A stretch of DNA of 41,027 nucleotides from NCBI GenBank assembly GCA_964630005.1, contig CAZVSW010000001.1, positions 1-41,027 on the forward strand. The letters are read 5' to 3'. Within the stretch, counting starts at the first letter, position 1, and the number at the start of each line of letters is the position of its first letter. A model generated the notes under the pieces. The model was not told where the DNA came from, did no database searches, and saw nothing but the letters and a program-made list of their open reading frames with translations. Origin of the DNA: an uncultured Ruminococcus sp. Lineage in GTDB: Bacteria > Bacillota > Clostridia > Oscillospirales > CAG-382. A program made the position numbers and the translations under genes. Below are positions 1-7,550 of this stretch, one piece after another.

Positions 1-2093
1 CGCCCGATCTCGTCATAAATTATGAGCGACCGGCTGGTAGCGTTGGCGAGGATGCCGGACACCTCTTTCATCTCAAGCATAAAAGTACTGTCGCCGCTCG
101 AAAGGTCGTCGCTTGCTCCGACGCGGGTAAAGATGCGGTCGCAGACGCCTATGCGCGCTTCGGACGCAGGTACGAACGAGCCGATCTGCGCCATGAGCAC
201 GATAAGCGCAACCTGACGCATATAGGTGGATTTACCTGCCATATTAGGTCCGGTAATGAGCATAATACGGTTGGAGGAGCAGTTCATATCGCAATCGTTT
301 GGCACGAAATAGGTCGTATTCATGAAATTTTCGACGACCGGATGCCGCCCGTCCTTGATATAGAGGCTGTCCGAATAGTCGACCTCAGGGCAGACATAGT
401 TGTTTTTGACCGCCGTCTCTGCGAGCGAGCACAGACAATCGACCGCGGAAAGGGCGGCAGATGTGGCGCTTATGCGCTCTTTCTGCTCCAGTACGCAGTC
501 TCTGAGCTTTGAAAACAGCTCGTATTCAAGCGCGGCGTCCTTATCCTTAGCGCCGATAATGCGGCTTTCCATTTCCTTAAGCTCTTCGGTGACAAAGCGC
601 TCGCCGGTGGTAAGTGTCTGCCGACGGATGTAGGTTGAAGGAACGTTGTCGAGGAATGAGCGCGATATTTCAATATAATAGCCGTATACTTTATTATATC
701 CGACCTTAAGAGTGCGTATGCCGGTGCGTTCGCGCTCTGTCTGTTCGATGTGAGCCATGAATTTCATGCCGTCATTCATCATAAGGCGAAGCTCGTCCAC
801 GGCGGCGGATGCGCCCGGTTTAATGATCCCGCCCTCGCGGACGGTGATGGGCGCTTCGGGAGAAATTGTACTTTCAATAGCCTTTGCCACGTCTTCAAGC
901 GGGTCGAGACTGTTGTTGAGGCTGACGAGCAGTTCGGATCTGAAGGAGCTCACCAACTGCTTGATAGCGGGAAGCCCGGACGCAGTCTGACCGATGGCAA
1001 GCAGGTCGCGCGCGTTCGCCGTACCATAAAGAAGGCGTGTGAGCAGACGTTCGAGGTCAACAACGTTTTTAAGGTTTTGCATTAATTCGTCGCGCTCAAC
1101 GGTAGAGCCCACGAGTTCGGCTACTGCCTGCTGCCGTTTTTGAATCTCATTGACAGAGGCGAGCGGCTTTTCTATCCATTGGCGAAGCAGTCTTGCTCCG
1201 GGGCTGGTCTTTGTCTTGTCAAGAACCCAAAGCAGGGACGCCTTTTTTTCTTTTGTGCGCATACATTCGCAAAGCTCAAGGCTGTGGCGTGTTGACGCGT
1301 CTATGTTCAGGTATTTGTCGGCGGTGTAGTAATTAATGTTCTTTATATAAGAAAGATCGGTCTTTTGGGTGATCTTCAGATATCTGATGAGTGCGACGGC
1401 GGCGAGTGTGTACTTTGCCGTTTTGTCGACGGCGGTGTCGCCGAACTGCGCGGCCGCGTCAAGGAGCGAGGCTTCGGGGTTTGAAAAAACGTCCTCATCG
1501 GCGGGGGTCATAAGACAGCCAAAGCGGTCTGACAGCGTGTTTTTGAGGCTGTCTGGGAGCAGATTGTTATATATTATCTCGCTCGGCGCGTAAGAAGACA
1601 TTTCCGAAAACAGCTTTTCGCCGGAGCTGTCCGCAATATCGGTGGCATAAAGCTCGCCGGTAGAAACGTCGGCAAAGACAATGCCAGAGCAACCCGCAGT
1701 GTAGTAAAGCGAGCATATGTAATTGTTTTTGTCGTCCGAAAGGCAGCTGTCTTCGATGACTGTTCCGGGCGAAATGATGCGAACTACGTCGCGCTTTACC
1801 AAGCCTTTTGCGGACTTTGGGTCTTCTACCTGCTCGCAGATGGCCACGCGGTAACCCTTGCGGATGAGCTTGGCGAGATAGCCTTCGACCGCATGATAGG
1901 GGATGCCGCACATGGGCGCGCGCTCTTCCAGACCACAGTCCTTTCCCGTCAGCACAAGGTCGAGCTCGCGCGAGACGAGCTTTGCGTCGTCGAAAAACAT
2001 TTCATAAAAATCGCCGAGACGGAAAAACAAAATGCAATCCGGATTCTTTGCCTTTACGTCAAAATATTGTTGCAGCATTGGGGAGAGGGCCAT
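1..2093 (-). CDS. mutS: DNA mismatch repair protein MutS (5' part; C-terminus runs off the left edge)
   Basis: It is absent from the ORF track because there is no stop codon in the window. My reverse-strand translation from ATG 2093-2091 gives MALSPMLQQYFDVKAKNPDCILFFRLGDFYEMFFDDAKLVSRELDLVLTGKDCG..., which is MutS domain I. In the same frame (2093-263=1830, divisible by 3) it gives MLITGPNMAGKSTYMRQVALIVLMAQIGSFVPA (Walker A) and then ...IIYDEIGR at the edge. Confidence 0.93.
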   Translation of the reverse strand, partial: MALSPMLQQYFDVKAKNPDCILFFRLGDFYEMFFDDAKLVSRELDLVLTGKDCGLEERAPMCGIPYHAVEGYLAKLIRKGYRVAICEQVEDPKSAKGLVKRDVVRIISPGTVIEDSCLSDDKNNYICSLYYTAGCSGIVFADVSTGELYATDIADSSGEKLFSEMSSYAPSEIIYNNLLPDSLKNTLSDRFGCLMTPADEDVFSNPEASLLDAAAQFGDTAVDKTAKYTLAAVALIRYLKITQKTDLSYIKNINYYTADKYLNIDASTRHSLELCECMRTKEKKASLLWVLDKTKTSPGARLLRQWIEKPLASVNEIQKRQQAVAELVGSTVERDELMQNLKNVVDLERLLTRLLYGTANARDLLAIGQTASGLPAIKQLVSSFRSELLVSLNNSLDPLEDVAKAIESTISPEAPITVREGGIIKPGASAAVDELRLMMNDGMKFMAHIEQTERERTGIRTLKVGYNKVYGYYIEISRSFLDNVPSTYIRRQTLTTGERFVTEELKEMESRIIGAKDKDAALEYELFSKLRDCVLEQKERISATSAALSAVDCLCSLAETAVKNNYVCPEVDYSDSLYIKDGRHPVVENFMNTTYFVPNDCDMNCSSNRIMLITGPNMAGKSTYMRQVALIVLMAQIGSFVPASEARIGVCDRIFTRVGASDDLSSGDSTFMLEMKEVSGILANATSRSLIIYDEIG

Positions 2094-2116
2094 AATATCA
2101 CCGCCTTGGAGTTTGA

Positions 2117-2830
2117 TTATTGTAATTTGTTAAGCTTCATCGGTTTGAAGCCGATCAGATCAGCGGAAATGCAAAAAATTTCAATACCGTCGGCCTTGCG
2201 GTCGAGCAGTTCGGGGTTTATCGAATGGATATGCCCATAAAAACAGCGCTTAACGCCGTATTCGAGCATTACATCGACGATAGGACGGCAGATTACGCCG
2301 CCAAACGACGGCGGATAGTGAAGAAACACCGCGATCTCGGAATCGGGCGAGGAGTTTTTGAGCTTTTGTGCCTCTTCGAGCGAAAGGCGAAGCCGTCCGG
2401 CTTCGCGGTTCACGATCTTTGCGTCGTCTTCGGAATAGTTGGCGTCAAGCGTCCAGCCGCGTGTTCCGGCGATTATAAAATCCTCGCAGAGATAGGCGTT
2501 ATTATATAAAAAATCTATCGAATGCGCCCCCAGCTCTTCTTTAAAGCGGTTCAGCTTTTTCATGGTCTGCCACCAATAATCGTGGTTGCCTTTGCCGATG
2601 ATCTTTCTGCCCGGCAGTTTATCTATGAAGGTGAGGTCTTCGGCGGCAGTGTCAAGCCCCATGCCCCACGAGATATCTCCCGGTATGACGACGGTATCGT
2701 TGTCGGTTACCGTTTCGCGCCAATTAAGGTTCAGCTTTTCGAGATAATTTTCCCACCGTGCGCCGAATATATCCATTGGCTTGTCTGCGGTCAGCGAGAG
2801 ATGAGGGTCGGAAAGCATAAAAATTGACAT
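2117..2830 (-). CDS. Metallophosphoesterase (calcineurin-like phosphoesterase family)
   Basis: This is ORF 2117..3019 trimmed to the internal ATG at 2830, which is preceded by GGAGAA. The product MSIFMLSDPHLS...VIPGDISWG...GKGNHDYWW...FLHYPP...GHIH carries the D-x-H / GD / GNH / H / GH metallophosphatase motifs. It lies 23 nt upstream of the mutS start with no terminator, so it is probably co-transcribed. Confidence 0.8.
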   Translation of the reverse strand: MSIFMLSDPHLSLTADKPMDIFGARWENYLEKLNLNWRETVTDNDTVVIPGDISWGMGLDTAAEDLTFIDKLPGRKIIGKGNHDYWWQTMKKLNRFKEELGAHSIDFLYNNAYLCEDFIIAGTRGWTLDANYSEDDAKIVNREAGRLRLSLEEAQKLKNSSPDSEIAVFLHYPPSFGGVICRPIVDVMLEYGVKRCFYGHIHSINPELLDRKADGIEIFCISADLIGFKPMKLNKLQ

Positions 2831-2851
2831 TAAAAATTCTCCGAATAAAAT
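2824..2851 (+). promoter_or_regulatory. Candidate sigma-A-type promoter for the DUF1540 gene
   Basis: TTGACA (2824-2829), a 16-nt spacer, then TAAAAT (2846-2851), about 45 nt upstream of ATG 2896. Confidence 0.4.
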
Positions 2852-2895
2852 AAAAATAAATGAGAAGAATAAGGTACGAAAGGAAGGTAGAGAAG

Positions 2896-3075
2896 ATGAG
2901 TATTTTCGGCGAAGAGAAACCGAAGCGTAACGAGGATATAAGCTGTAGCTGTAAGGATTGCACATTTCACGACGGTGAATGCTGGTGCACGGCGGATAAG
3001 ATAGCCGTAGGACCGACAAACGCCAAGTGCTGTGCCGATACAGTCTGCGCGACCTTCAGAAAGAGAAACTCATAA
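2896..3075 (+). CDS. DUF1540 family small cysteine-rich protein
   Basis: This is ORF 2860..3075 trimmed to ATG 2896, which is preceded by GGAAGG. The product ...SCSCKDCTFHDGECWCTADKIAVGPTNAKCCADTVCATF matches the DUF1540 pattern as I remember it (C-x2-C ... C-x-A-x2-I-x-V ... C-x2-T-x-C-x-T-F). Confidence 0.7.
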   Translation: MSIFGEEKPKRNEDISCSCKDCTFHDGECWCTADKIAVGPTNAKCCADTVCATFRKRNS

Positions 3076-3099
3076 AAGCGGCTGTAAAAAACCGCTTTT
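3074..3099. terminator. Bidirectional intrinsic terminator between the convergent DUF1540 gene and thrC
   Basis: Stem AAAAGCGG (3074-3081) pairs with CCGCTTTT (3092-3099) across a 10-nt loop. A/T runs flank it on both strands. Confidence 0.7.
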
Positions 3100-3119
3100 A
3101 TGAATCGTGATGTTTTGTT

Positions 3120-4589
3120 TTAAAACGACAAAACTCTTTCACTCATGTCGCTTTTTTCGATTGAATCGGTAAATCGCAGCTCTTTTCCCAAAAGGTTCGA
3201 AAGATTTTCCGGAACGGGAGCTGAGGTGCAGTCAAAGAGCGACGCTATAGCGGCGAATTCATCGCCGTTATATGAAATTCCGAGCGCCTTGCATACGGCA
3301 GGTGCGAATTTATAAGGCGAGGCGGTAGATGCGATAATGATTTTCGCGCTGTCGCCCGTCTTTTCTTTATATTTGCGCGCAGCATTCATCGCGACCGCAG
3401 TGTGCGTGTCGCAGAGATAGTTGAATTCGTTATAGATGCGGCGTATCTCGTCGGCAGTCTCGTCCTCACTGCACCAAAAGGCGGAAAAATCCTTTTCCAG
3501 TGCTTCCCTGACGTCGGACGACACTTCATAACGTCCGGTTTCGGAAAGCAGCTTCATAAGGCGCGCGGTCTCGTTTTCGCCTGAGGCGAACCAAAGCAGA
3601 CGTTCGAGGTTTGAGGATATCAATATATCCATCGACGGGGAGATGGTTGCATGAAAGGGGCGGTTTCGGTCGTATACGCCGGTTTCAAAGAAGTCGGTCA
3701 GGACGTTATTGCTGTTGGAGGCGCATATGAGCTTGCCGAGCGGCAGTCCCATCTGTTTTGCGATGTAAGCGGCAAGGATGTTGCCGAAGTTGCCTGTGGG
3801 GACGCATACATTAACGGTCTCGCCGTATTTTATCTGATGATTTTTTATGAGATCGCAGTAAGCGGATACATAATAGACGATCTGGGGAGCGAGTCTGCCG
3901 AAGTTTATCGAGTTGGCGGAAGAGAGGAATTTGCCGCGCGAATCGAGCTCTTTTGCGATCGCACTGTCGGAGAATATGTGTTTTACGCCGGTCTGAGCGT
4001 CGTCGAAGTTGCCTTTGATGGCGCATACCGATACGTTGCCGCCCTCCTGGGTCTGCATCTGGCGCTTTTGTATGTTGCTTACGCCGTTTTCGGGATAAAA
4101 GACCTGTATGCTGATATGCGGCGTGTCCTTATAGCCTTCGAGCGCCGCCTTGCCGGTGTCGCCGCTGGTGGCGACAAGTATGAGCGCGTCGCGCTTTTCG
4201 CCTGTTTTTTCAAGGCTTTTTGAAAGCAGGAGCGGCATTATCTGAAGCGCCATATCCTTGAATGCGGAGGTCGGACCGTGCCACAGTTCAAGGACATAGT
4301 CGTTGTCGAGCTTTGAAAGGGGAGCGGGGTCGGCGCCGAAGTTGCGGCGCGAATAGGCTTTTTTTGCCATGTCCGAAAGTTCGTCTTCGGTATAGTCGGT
4401 GAGGAAGAGACCGAGTATATAGGCGGCTCTTTCGGCGTAGTTCATTTTTACGAGCGAATTGACCTCATCTTCGTCAAGCGACGGCAGAGACGTCGGCACA
4501 AAGAGACCGCCGTCGGAAGCAAGTCCCTGCTTTATAACTTGTGCAGAGGTAAAATCACCGTCTGCGCTTCTGGTTGAGCGATAGTTCAT
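3120..4589 (-). CDS. thrC: Threonine synthase
   Basis: The 489-aa ORF begins MNYRSTRS...GGLFVP... and contains HGPTSAFKDMALQ with the PLP-binding lysine. The length fits the long ThrC subfamily. Its ATG overlaps the pepF stop codon (ATGA at 4589-4586). Confidence 0.92.
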   Translation of the reverse strand: MNYRSTRSADGDFTSAQVIKQGLASDGGLFVPTSLPSLDEDEVNSLVKMNYAERAAYILGLFLTDYTEDELSDMAKKAYSRRNFGADPAPLSKLDNDYVLELWHGPTSAFKDMALQIMPLLLSKSLEKTGEKRDALILVATSGDTGKAALEGYKDTPHISIQVFYPENGVSNIQKRQMQTQEGGNVSVCAIKGNFDDAQTGVKHIFSDSAIAKELDSRGKFLSSANSINFGRLAPQIVYYVSAYCDLIKNHQIKYGETVNVCVPTGNFGNILAAYIAKQMGLPLGKLICASNSNNVLTDFFETGVYDRNRPFHATISPSMDILISSNLERLLWFASGENETARLMKLLSETGRYEVSSDVREALEKDFSAFWCSEDETADEIRRIYNEFNYLCDTHTAVAMNAARKYKEKTGDSAKIIIASTASPYKFAPAVCKALGISYNGDEFAAIASLFDCTSAPVPENLSNLLGKELRFTDSIEKSDMSERVLSF

Positions 4590-6379
4590 TTTATAAGCTC
4601 CTCAAATTCATCGATCAGCTTGTCAAAAAGGTCAAGCGCGTCGTTAATAGGCTTTGGCGACGCCATATCAATGCCGGCGTCTTTAAGCAGTTCGATCGGC
4701 GGCTTGGTACAGCCTCCGCTCAGGAAGTTTATATATCTTTCCACAGCCGGAGCGCCCTCGTTCAGGATCTTTTGGCTGAGAGCGACTGCGGCAGAGAAGC
4801 CGGTCGCATACTGATATACATAGAAATTCATATAGAAATGCGGGATGCGCGCCCATTCCATGGCGATTTCCTTGTCGACGACCATGTCGTCGCCGTAATA
4901 TTTCTTGTTGAGGTTGTAGTATATATCAGAAAGGGTATCGGCGGTGAGTGTCTGACCCGCTTCGGAGAGTTTGTTGATCTCAAGCTCGAATTCGGCGAAC
5001 ATTGTCTGACGGTAGAGGGTCGTGCGGAATTGTTCGAGGAAATAGTTGATAAGAGAAGCGCGTTGCTTTTTGTCGTCAGTTACGCCAAGCAGGTACTGCA
5101 TAAGCAGGTTTTCGTTGCAGGTCGAAGCGACTTCTGCCACGAAGGTAACGTACCCTGAATAGATCGTGCGCTGGTTCTTTTTTGAAAGGTATGAATGAAT
5201 GGCGTGACCCATTTCGTGAATAAGCGTGAACATACTGTCCACCGTGTCCTTGTGGTTGAGGAGCACGAACGGGTGCGGGATCGCGCCCATGGAGTATGCG
5301 CCGCCGCGTTTGCCGACGTTTTCATAAACGTCGATCCAGCGGTTTGCAAAGCCTTCGTCAAGAATTTTCAGATAATCCTCGCCCATCGGCGCAAGTGCCT
5401 TACGGCAGATGGCTTTTGCCTCTTCAAAGGTATATTTGGAGTCGGCTTCGGCAACAAGCGGAGTGTAGATATCGTACATATGAAGCTCGTCAACGCCGAG
5501 GAGCTTTTTTCTGAGTCTCATGTACTTGTGAAGGGACGGCATATGGTCGCCGACCGTTTTTACAAGGTTTTCATAGACGGCAACCGGCACTTCGCTTCTG
5601 AAAAGGGATTTTTCGATGTTGGAATCGAATTTTCTTGCCTTGCGGAAGAATGTGAGCTGTTTTATTTGCGCGTCAAGCATTGCGGCGAAGGAGTTTTTGA
5701 AGCTTGCGAGCGTGTGATAGACCGATTCAAAGGCCTGACGGCGTATGTTTACATCTGAAGATTCCATGAGCGGAATAAAGCCACCCTGAGTTACCTGAAT
5801 CTCCGTGCCGTCTGCCGCGTGAATGTTGGGATATTTCAGGTCGGCGTTTCTGAACTGGCTTGCGATGGTATCGGGAGATTCCGCGATCTCGCCTGCGGCG
5901 GCAAGAATTTTTTCTTCTACCGGCGAAAGCGTGTGTTCCTTGCCGGCGCGTTCCATTTCGAAAAAGCGCTTGAATTCGCGAAGCTCCGGCACTTCGTCAT
6001 AAAAGCTTTCAAGCTTTTCGTCAGACATGGAAACGATCTCAGGCGTTTCGAATGAGGTGTGTCCGCCAAGCTCTGTATAGAGCGAGATGGAGCGACCCAT
6101 CAGGTCGGCGTAGGTGGAATTGCCCGTGTCCTCGTCGCTTTTGAGCATGGCGTAGGTGTATATAGCCATTACGTCAAGCTGAAGCTTCTCGCGAAGAAGA
6201 AGGTAATCATACATAGCCTTCGCGTCTGTGGATATCTTCCCGGCGTAGGTTTCGACTTCCTTGATGTCCTGCGCTGTTTTTTCATAAGCTGAGCGCCATG
6301 CTTCGTCGTTTTCGAATATATCTTCAACAGCCCATGTGTTTTCTTTTTTCTGTTCACTTCGTGTAATAAGCTTTTCCAT
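4586..6379 (-). CDS. pepF: Oligoendopeptidase F (M3B metallopeptidase)
   Basis: The 597-aa ORF has the HEMGH zinc motif (TLIHEMGHAIHSY). Length and overall sequence are typical of PepF. AAAGGAGAC lies upstream of the ATG. Confidence 0.9.
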   Translation of the reverse strand: MEKLITRSEQKKENTWAVEDIFENDEAWRSAYEKTAQDIKEVETYAGKISTDAKAMYDYLLLREKLQLDVMAIYTYAMLKSDEDTGNSTYADLMGRSISLYTELGGHTSFETPEIVSMSDEKLESFYDEVPELREFKRFFEMERAGKEHTLSPVEEKILAAAGEIAESPDTIASQFRNADLKYPNIHAADGTEIQVTQGGFIPLMESSDVNIRRQAFESVYHTLASFKNSFAAMLDAQIKQLTFFRKARKFDSNIEKSLFRSEVPVAVYENLVKTVGDHMPSLHKYMRLRKKLLGVDELHMYDIYTPLVAEADSKYTFEEAKAICRKALAPMGEDYLKILDEGFANRWIDVYENVGKRGGAYSMGAIPHPFVLLNHKDTVDSMFTLIHEMGHAIHSYLSKKNQRTIYSGYVTFVAEVASTCNENLLMQYLLGVTDDKKQRASLINYFLEQFRTTLYRQTMFAEFELEINKLSEAGQTLTADTLSDIYYNLNKKYYGDDMVVDKEIAMEWARIPHFYMNFYVYQYATGFSAAVALSQKILNEGAPAVERYINFLSGGCTKPPIELLKDAGIDMASPKPINDALDLFDKLIDEFEELIK

Positions 6380-6447
6380 AAGTCAAGAAAGTCTCCTTTA
6401 AAAAGTTTTATTTATAAATATGAAATGTATTGCCCGAATCTAAAGAA

Positions 6448-6476
6448 ATTATAACACGAACGCCGTGATTTTTCAA
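6448..6476 (-). promoter_or_regulatory. Sigma-A promoter with extended -10 for pepF-thrC
   Basis: The reverse strand reads TTGAAA (6476-6471), a 17-nt spacer ending in TGT, then TATAAT (6453-6448). It sits about 65 nt upstream of the pepF ATG. Confidence 0.7.
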
Positions 6477-6516
6477 GTGGTTAGCGCCAAAAAGCGCCGA
6501 AAAGGCACTATATCGT

Positions 6517-7329
6517 CTAAATGTTTTCAAAAATCTCAAGCCCGCTTTTTCTCATGATGTACGCCGCCGCGCGCGTGGCAAACGTCGGAGCGAGTTTACC
6601 GGCGAGGCTCAGCAAATGCCCGTCAATGCCGGTGACGATGTGCTTTCTGCCGCTGTTTACACGGCGAAGTATGATCGCCGCCGCCTTGTCGGGCGGCATC
6701 ATTGCGTGGCCGATAAGGGCCGACTCGCGTGCGGTCAGCTGTTGTCTGCGCATGATGTCGCTTTTGATAAATCCGGGATAAACTCCGCACAATGTAATAT
6801 CTCCGTGCTCCGCCCTCACCGCATCGGTAAAGCCGCGAACGGCGTATTTCGCGGAGCAGTAAAGGCTTTGACCGGCGACGGCGCACAGCCCGCCGGCACT
6901 GCATATATTGACTATGACGGGAGAGTTGCTTTTTTTAATTATGGGCAGCATGGTGCGGAATGACGTGATGTATGCCCTGAGATTAACGGATATTATCTCG
7001 TCGATATCGGCGTCAGAGTAAAGCTCCGATTTTGAAAAGGGAAGCATCATTCCGGCGTTGTTTATAATGACGTCTGCCACAGTGCCGTTTTTTTCAAGCT
7101 CTGCGCCGAATTCCTGCCATTTATCGCGGTCGGTCACGTCAAAAATTTTGTACGAAAAGCTCTCTGTACCGCCGAGCGACGATAGCGCGCTTTTCATTTT
7201 ATCTTCGTTGCGGGCGACGCCGATGACCTTGCAACCGTATTTTTGGATGAGCGTCTTTGTCAGCGCAAGCCCTAAGCCTCCGCTTGCGCCGGTAACTACC
7301 GCTGTTTTATTATATAGTAGCTTTTTCAT
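6517..7329 (-). CDS. Short-chain dehydrogenase/reductase (classical SDR) family oxidoreductase
   Basis: The 270-aa ORF has TGASGGLGLA (the TGxxxGxG motif), NNAG, and S...YCSAK (the YxxxK catalytic motif). GAGGAA lies 7 nt upstream of the ATG. Confidence 0.88.
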   Translation of the reverse strand: MKKLLYNKTAVVTGASGGLGLALTKTLIQKYGCKVIGVARNEDKMKSALSSLGGTESFSYKIFDVTDRDKWQEFGAELEKNGTVADVIINNAGMMLPFSKSELYSDADIDEIISVNLRAYITSFRTMLPIIKKSNSPVIVNICSAGGLCAVAGQSLYCSAKYAVRGFTDAVRAEHGDITLCGVYPGFIKSDIMRRQQLTARESALIGHAMMPPDKAAAIILRRVNSGRKHIVTGIDGHLLSLAGKLAPTFATRAAAYIMRKSGLEIFENI

Positions 7330-7481
7330 GCGATTTCCTCGTGGTAGCAGGGCAAGATTCGAACACGCCGCGCCTGACAGCGTCGCTTTTCGGCGCTTTT
7401 CGGCTTACCGCGTACGCCGTCGTCGCGTGCTTCAAAAATCACAACGTCAAAACCGATGCGAGTTCAGATCTCGTCCTGCTA
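7330..7481 (-). promoter_or_regulatory. Unassigned GC-rich structured leader or spacer upstream of the SDR gene (candidate cis-regulatory RNA)
   Basis: On the reverse strand, TAGCAGGACGAGAT (7481-7468) can pair with ATCTTGCCCTGCTA (7358-7345). That is 14 bp with one A.C mismatch and one G.U pair. A competing local hairpin CGAG-ATCTGAA-CTCG is possible. The 3' end reads GTTCGAATC...CCTGCTACCA, which resembles a T-loop plus an ACCA tail, and it abuts the SD sequence GAGGAA. There is a tandem GCCGAAAAGC x2 repeat (7385-7404). I found no sigma-A-like -10 box in this interval. Confidence 0.3.
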
Positions 7482-7516
7482 AAAAAGAGTGGCTGAGTCT
7501 TTTTTGACTCAGCCAC
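7481..7516 (-). terminator. Strong intrinsic terminator of the surface-protein gene
   Basis: On the reverse strand, an 11-bp perfect stem GTGGCTGAGTC/GACTCAGCCAC (7516-7506 / 7499-7489) closes a 6-nt A loop and is followed by TCTTTTTT. Confidence 0.9.
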
Positions 7517-7550
7517 TGCAATTTGCTTATATTAAGCTCAGGTAATTAAC

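Noticed and set aside
2831-3019. N-terminal extensions offered by the ORF track: 3019 for the phosphoesterase, 12651 for prmC, 19624 for the radical SAM gene, 38559 for yabP and 9836 (TTG) for the surface protein.
   Set aside because: In each case a downstream ATG with a good SD sequence gives the conserved N-terminus or signal peptide. The extensions overlap upstream genes or promoters and encode non-conserved, often basic, low-complexity sequence.
7341-7365. The reverse-strand sequence GTTCGAATCTTGCCCTGCTACCA looks like a tRNA T-loop, acceptor 3' strand and CCA. That suggested a tRNA gene or a tRNA-derived att site.
   Set aside because: No cloverleaf can be built from the preceding 75 nt or so. 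The T-stem pairing is poor (GCGTG against CTTGC). The complementary acceptor strand lies about 120 nt upstream and would start with A or T. There is no integrase and no second copy of the segment in the window. I kept it only as part of the structured-spacer finding.
6489-7399. A 14-nt inverted repeat, AAAGCGCCGAAAAG (6492-6505) and its reverse complement (7386-7399), flanks the SDR gene. That raised the possibility of MITE or IS termini or a gene cassette.
   Set aside because: The repeat is short and of low complexity (GC core plus A-runs). A handful of 14-nt inverted matches are expected by chance in 41 kb. There are no target-site duplications and no transposase. The right copy is part of a local tandem repeat.
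7326-7442. A 38-codon GTG-initiated uORF whose stop codon overlaps the SDR ATG.
   Set aside because: It has no Shine-Dalgarno sequence and a non-ATG start, and I cannot test conservation. I did not annotate it as a CDS and mention it only as an alternative reading of the spacer.
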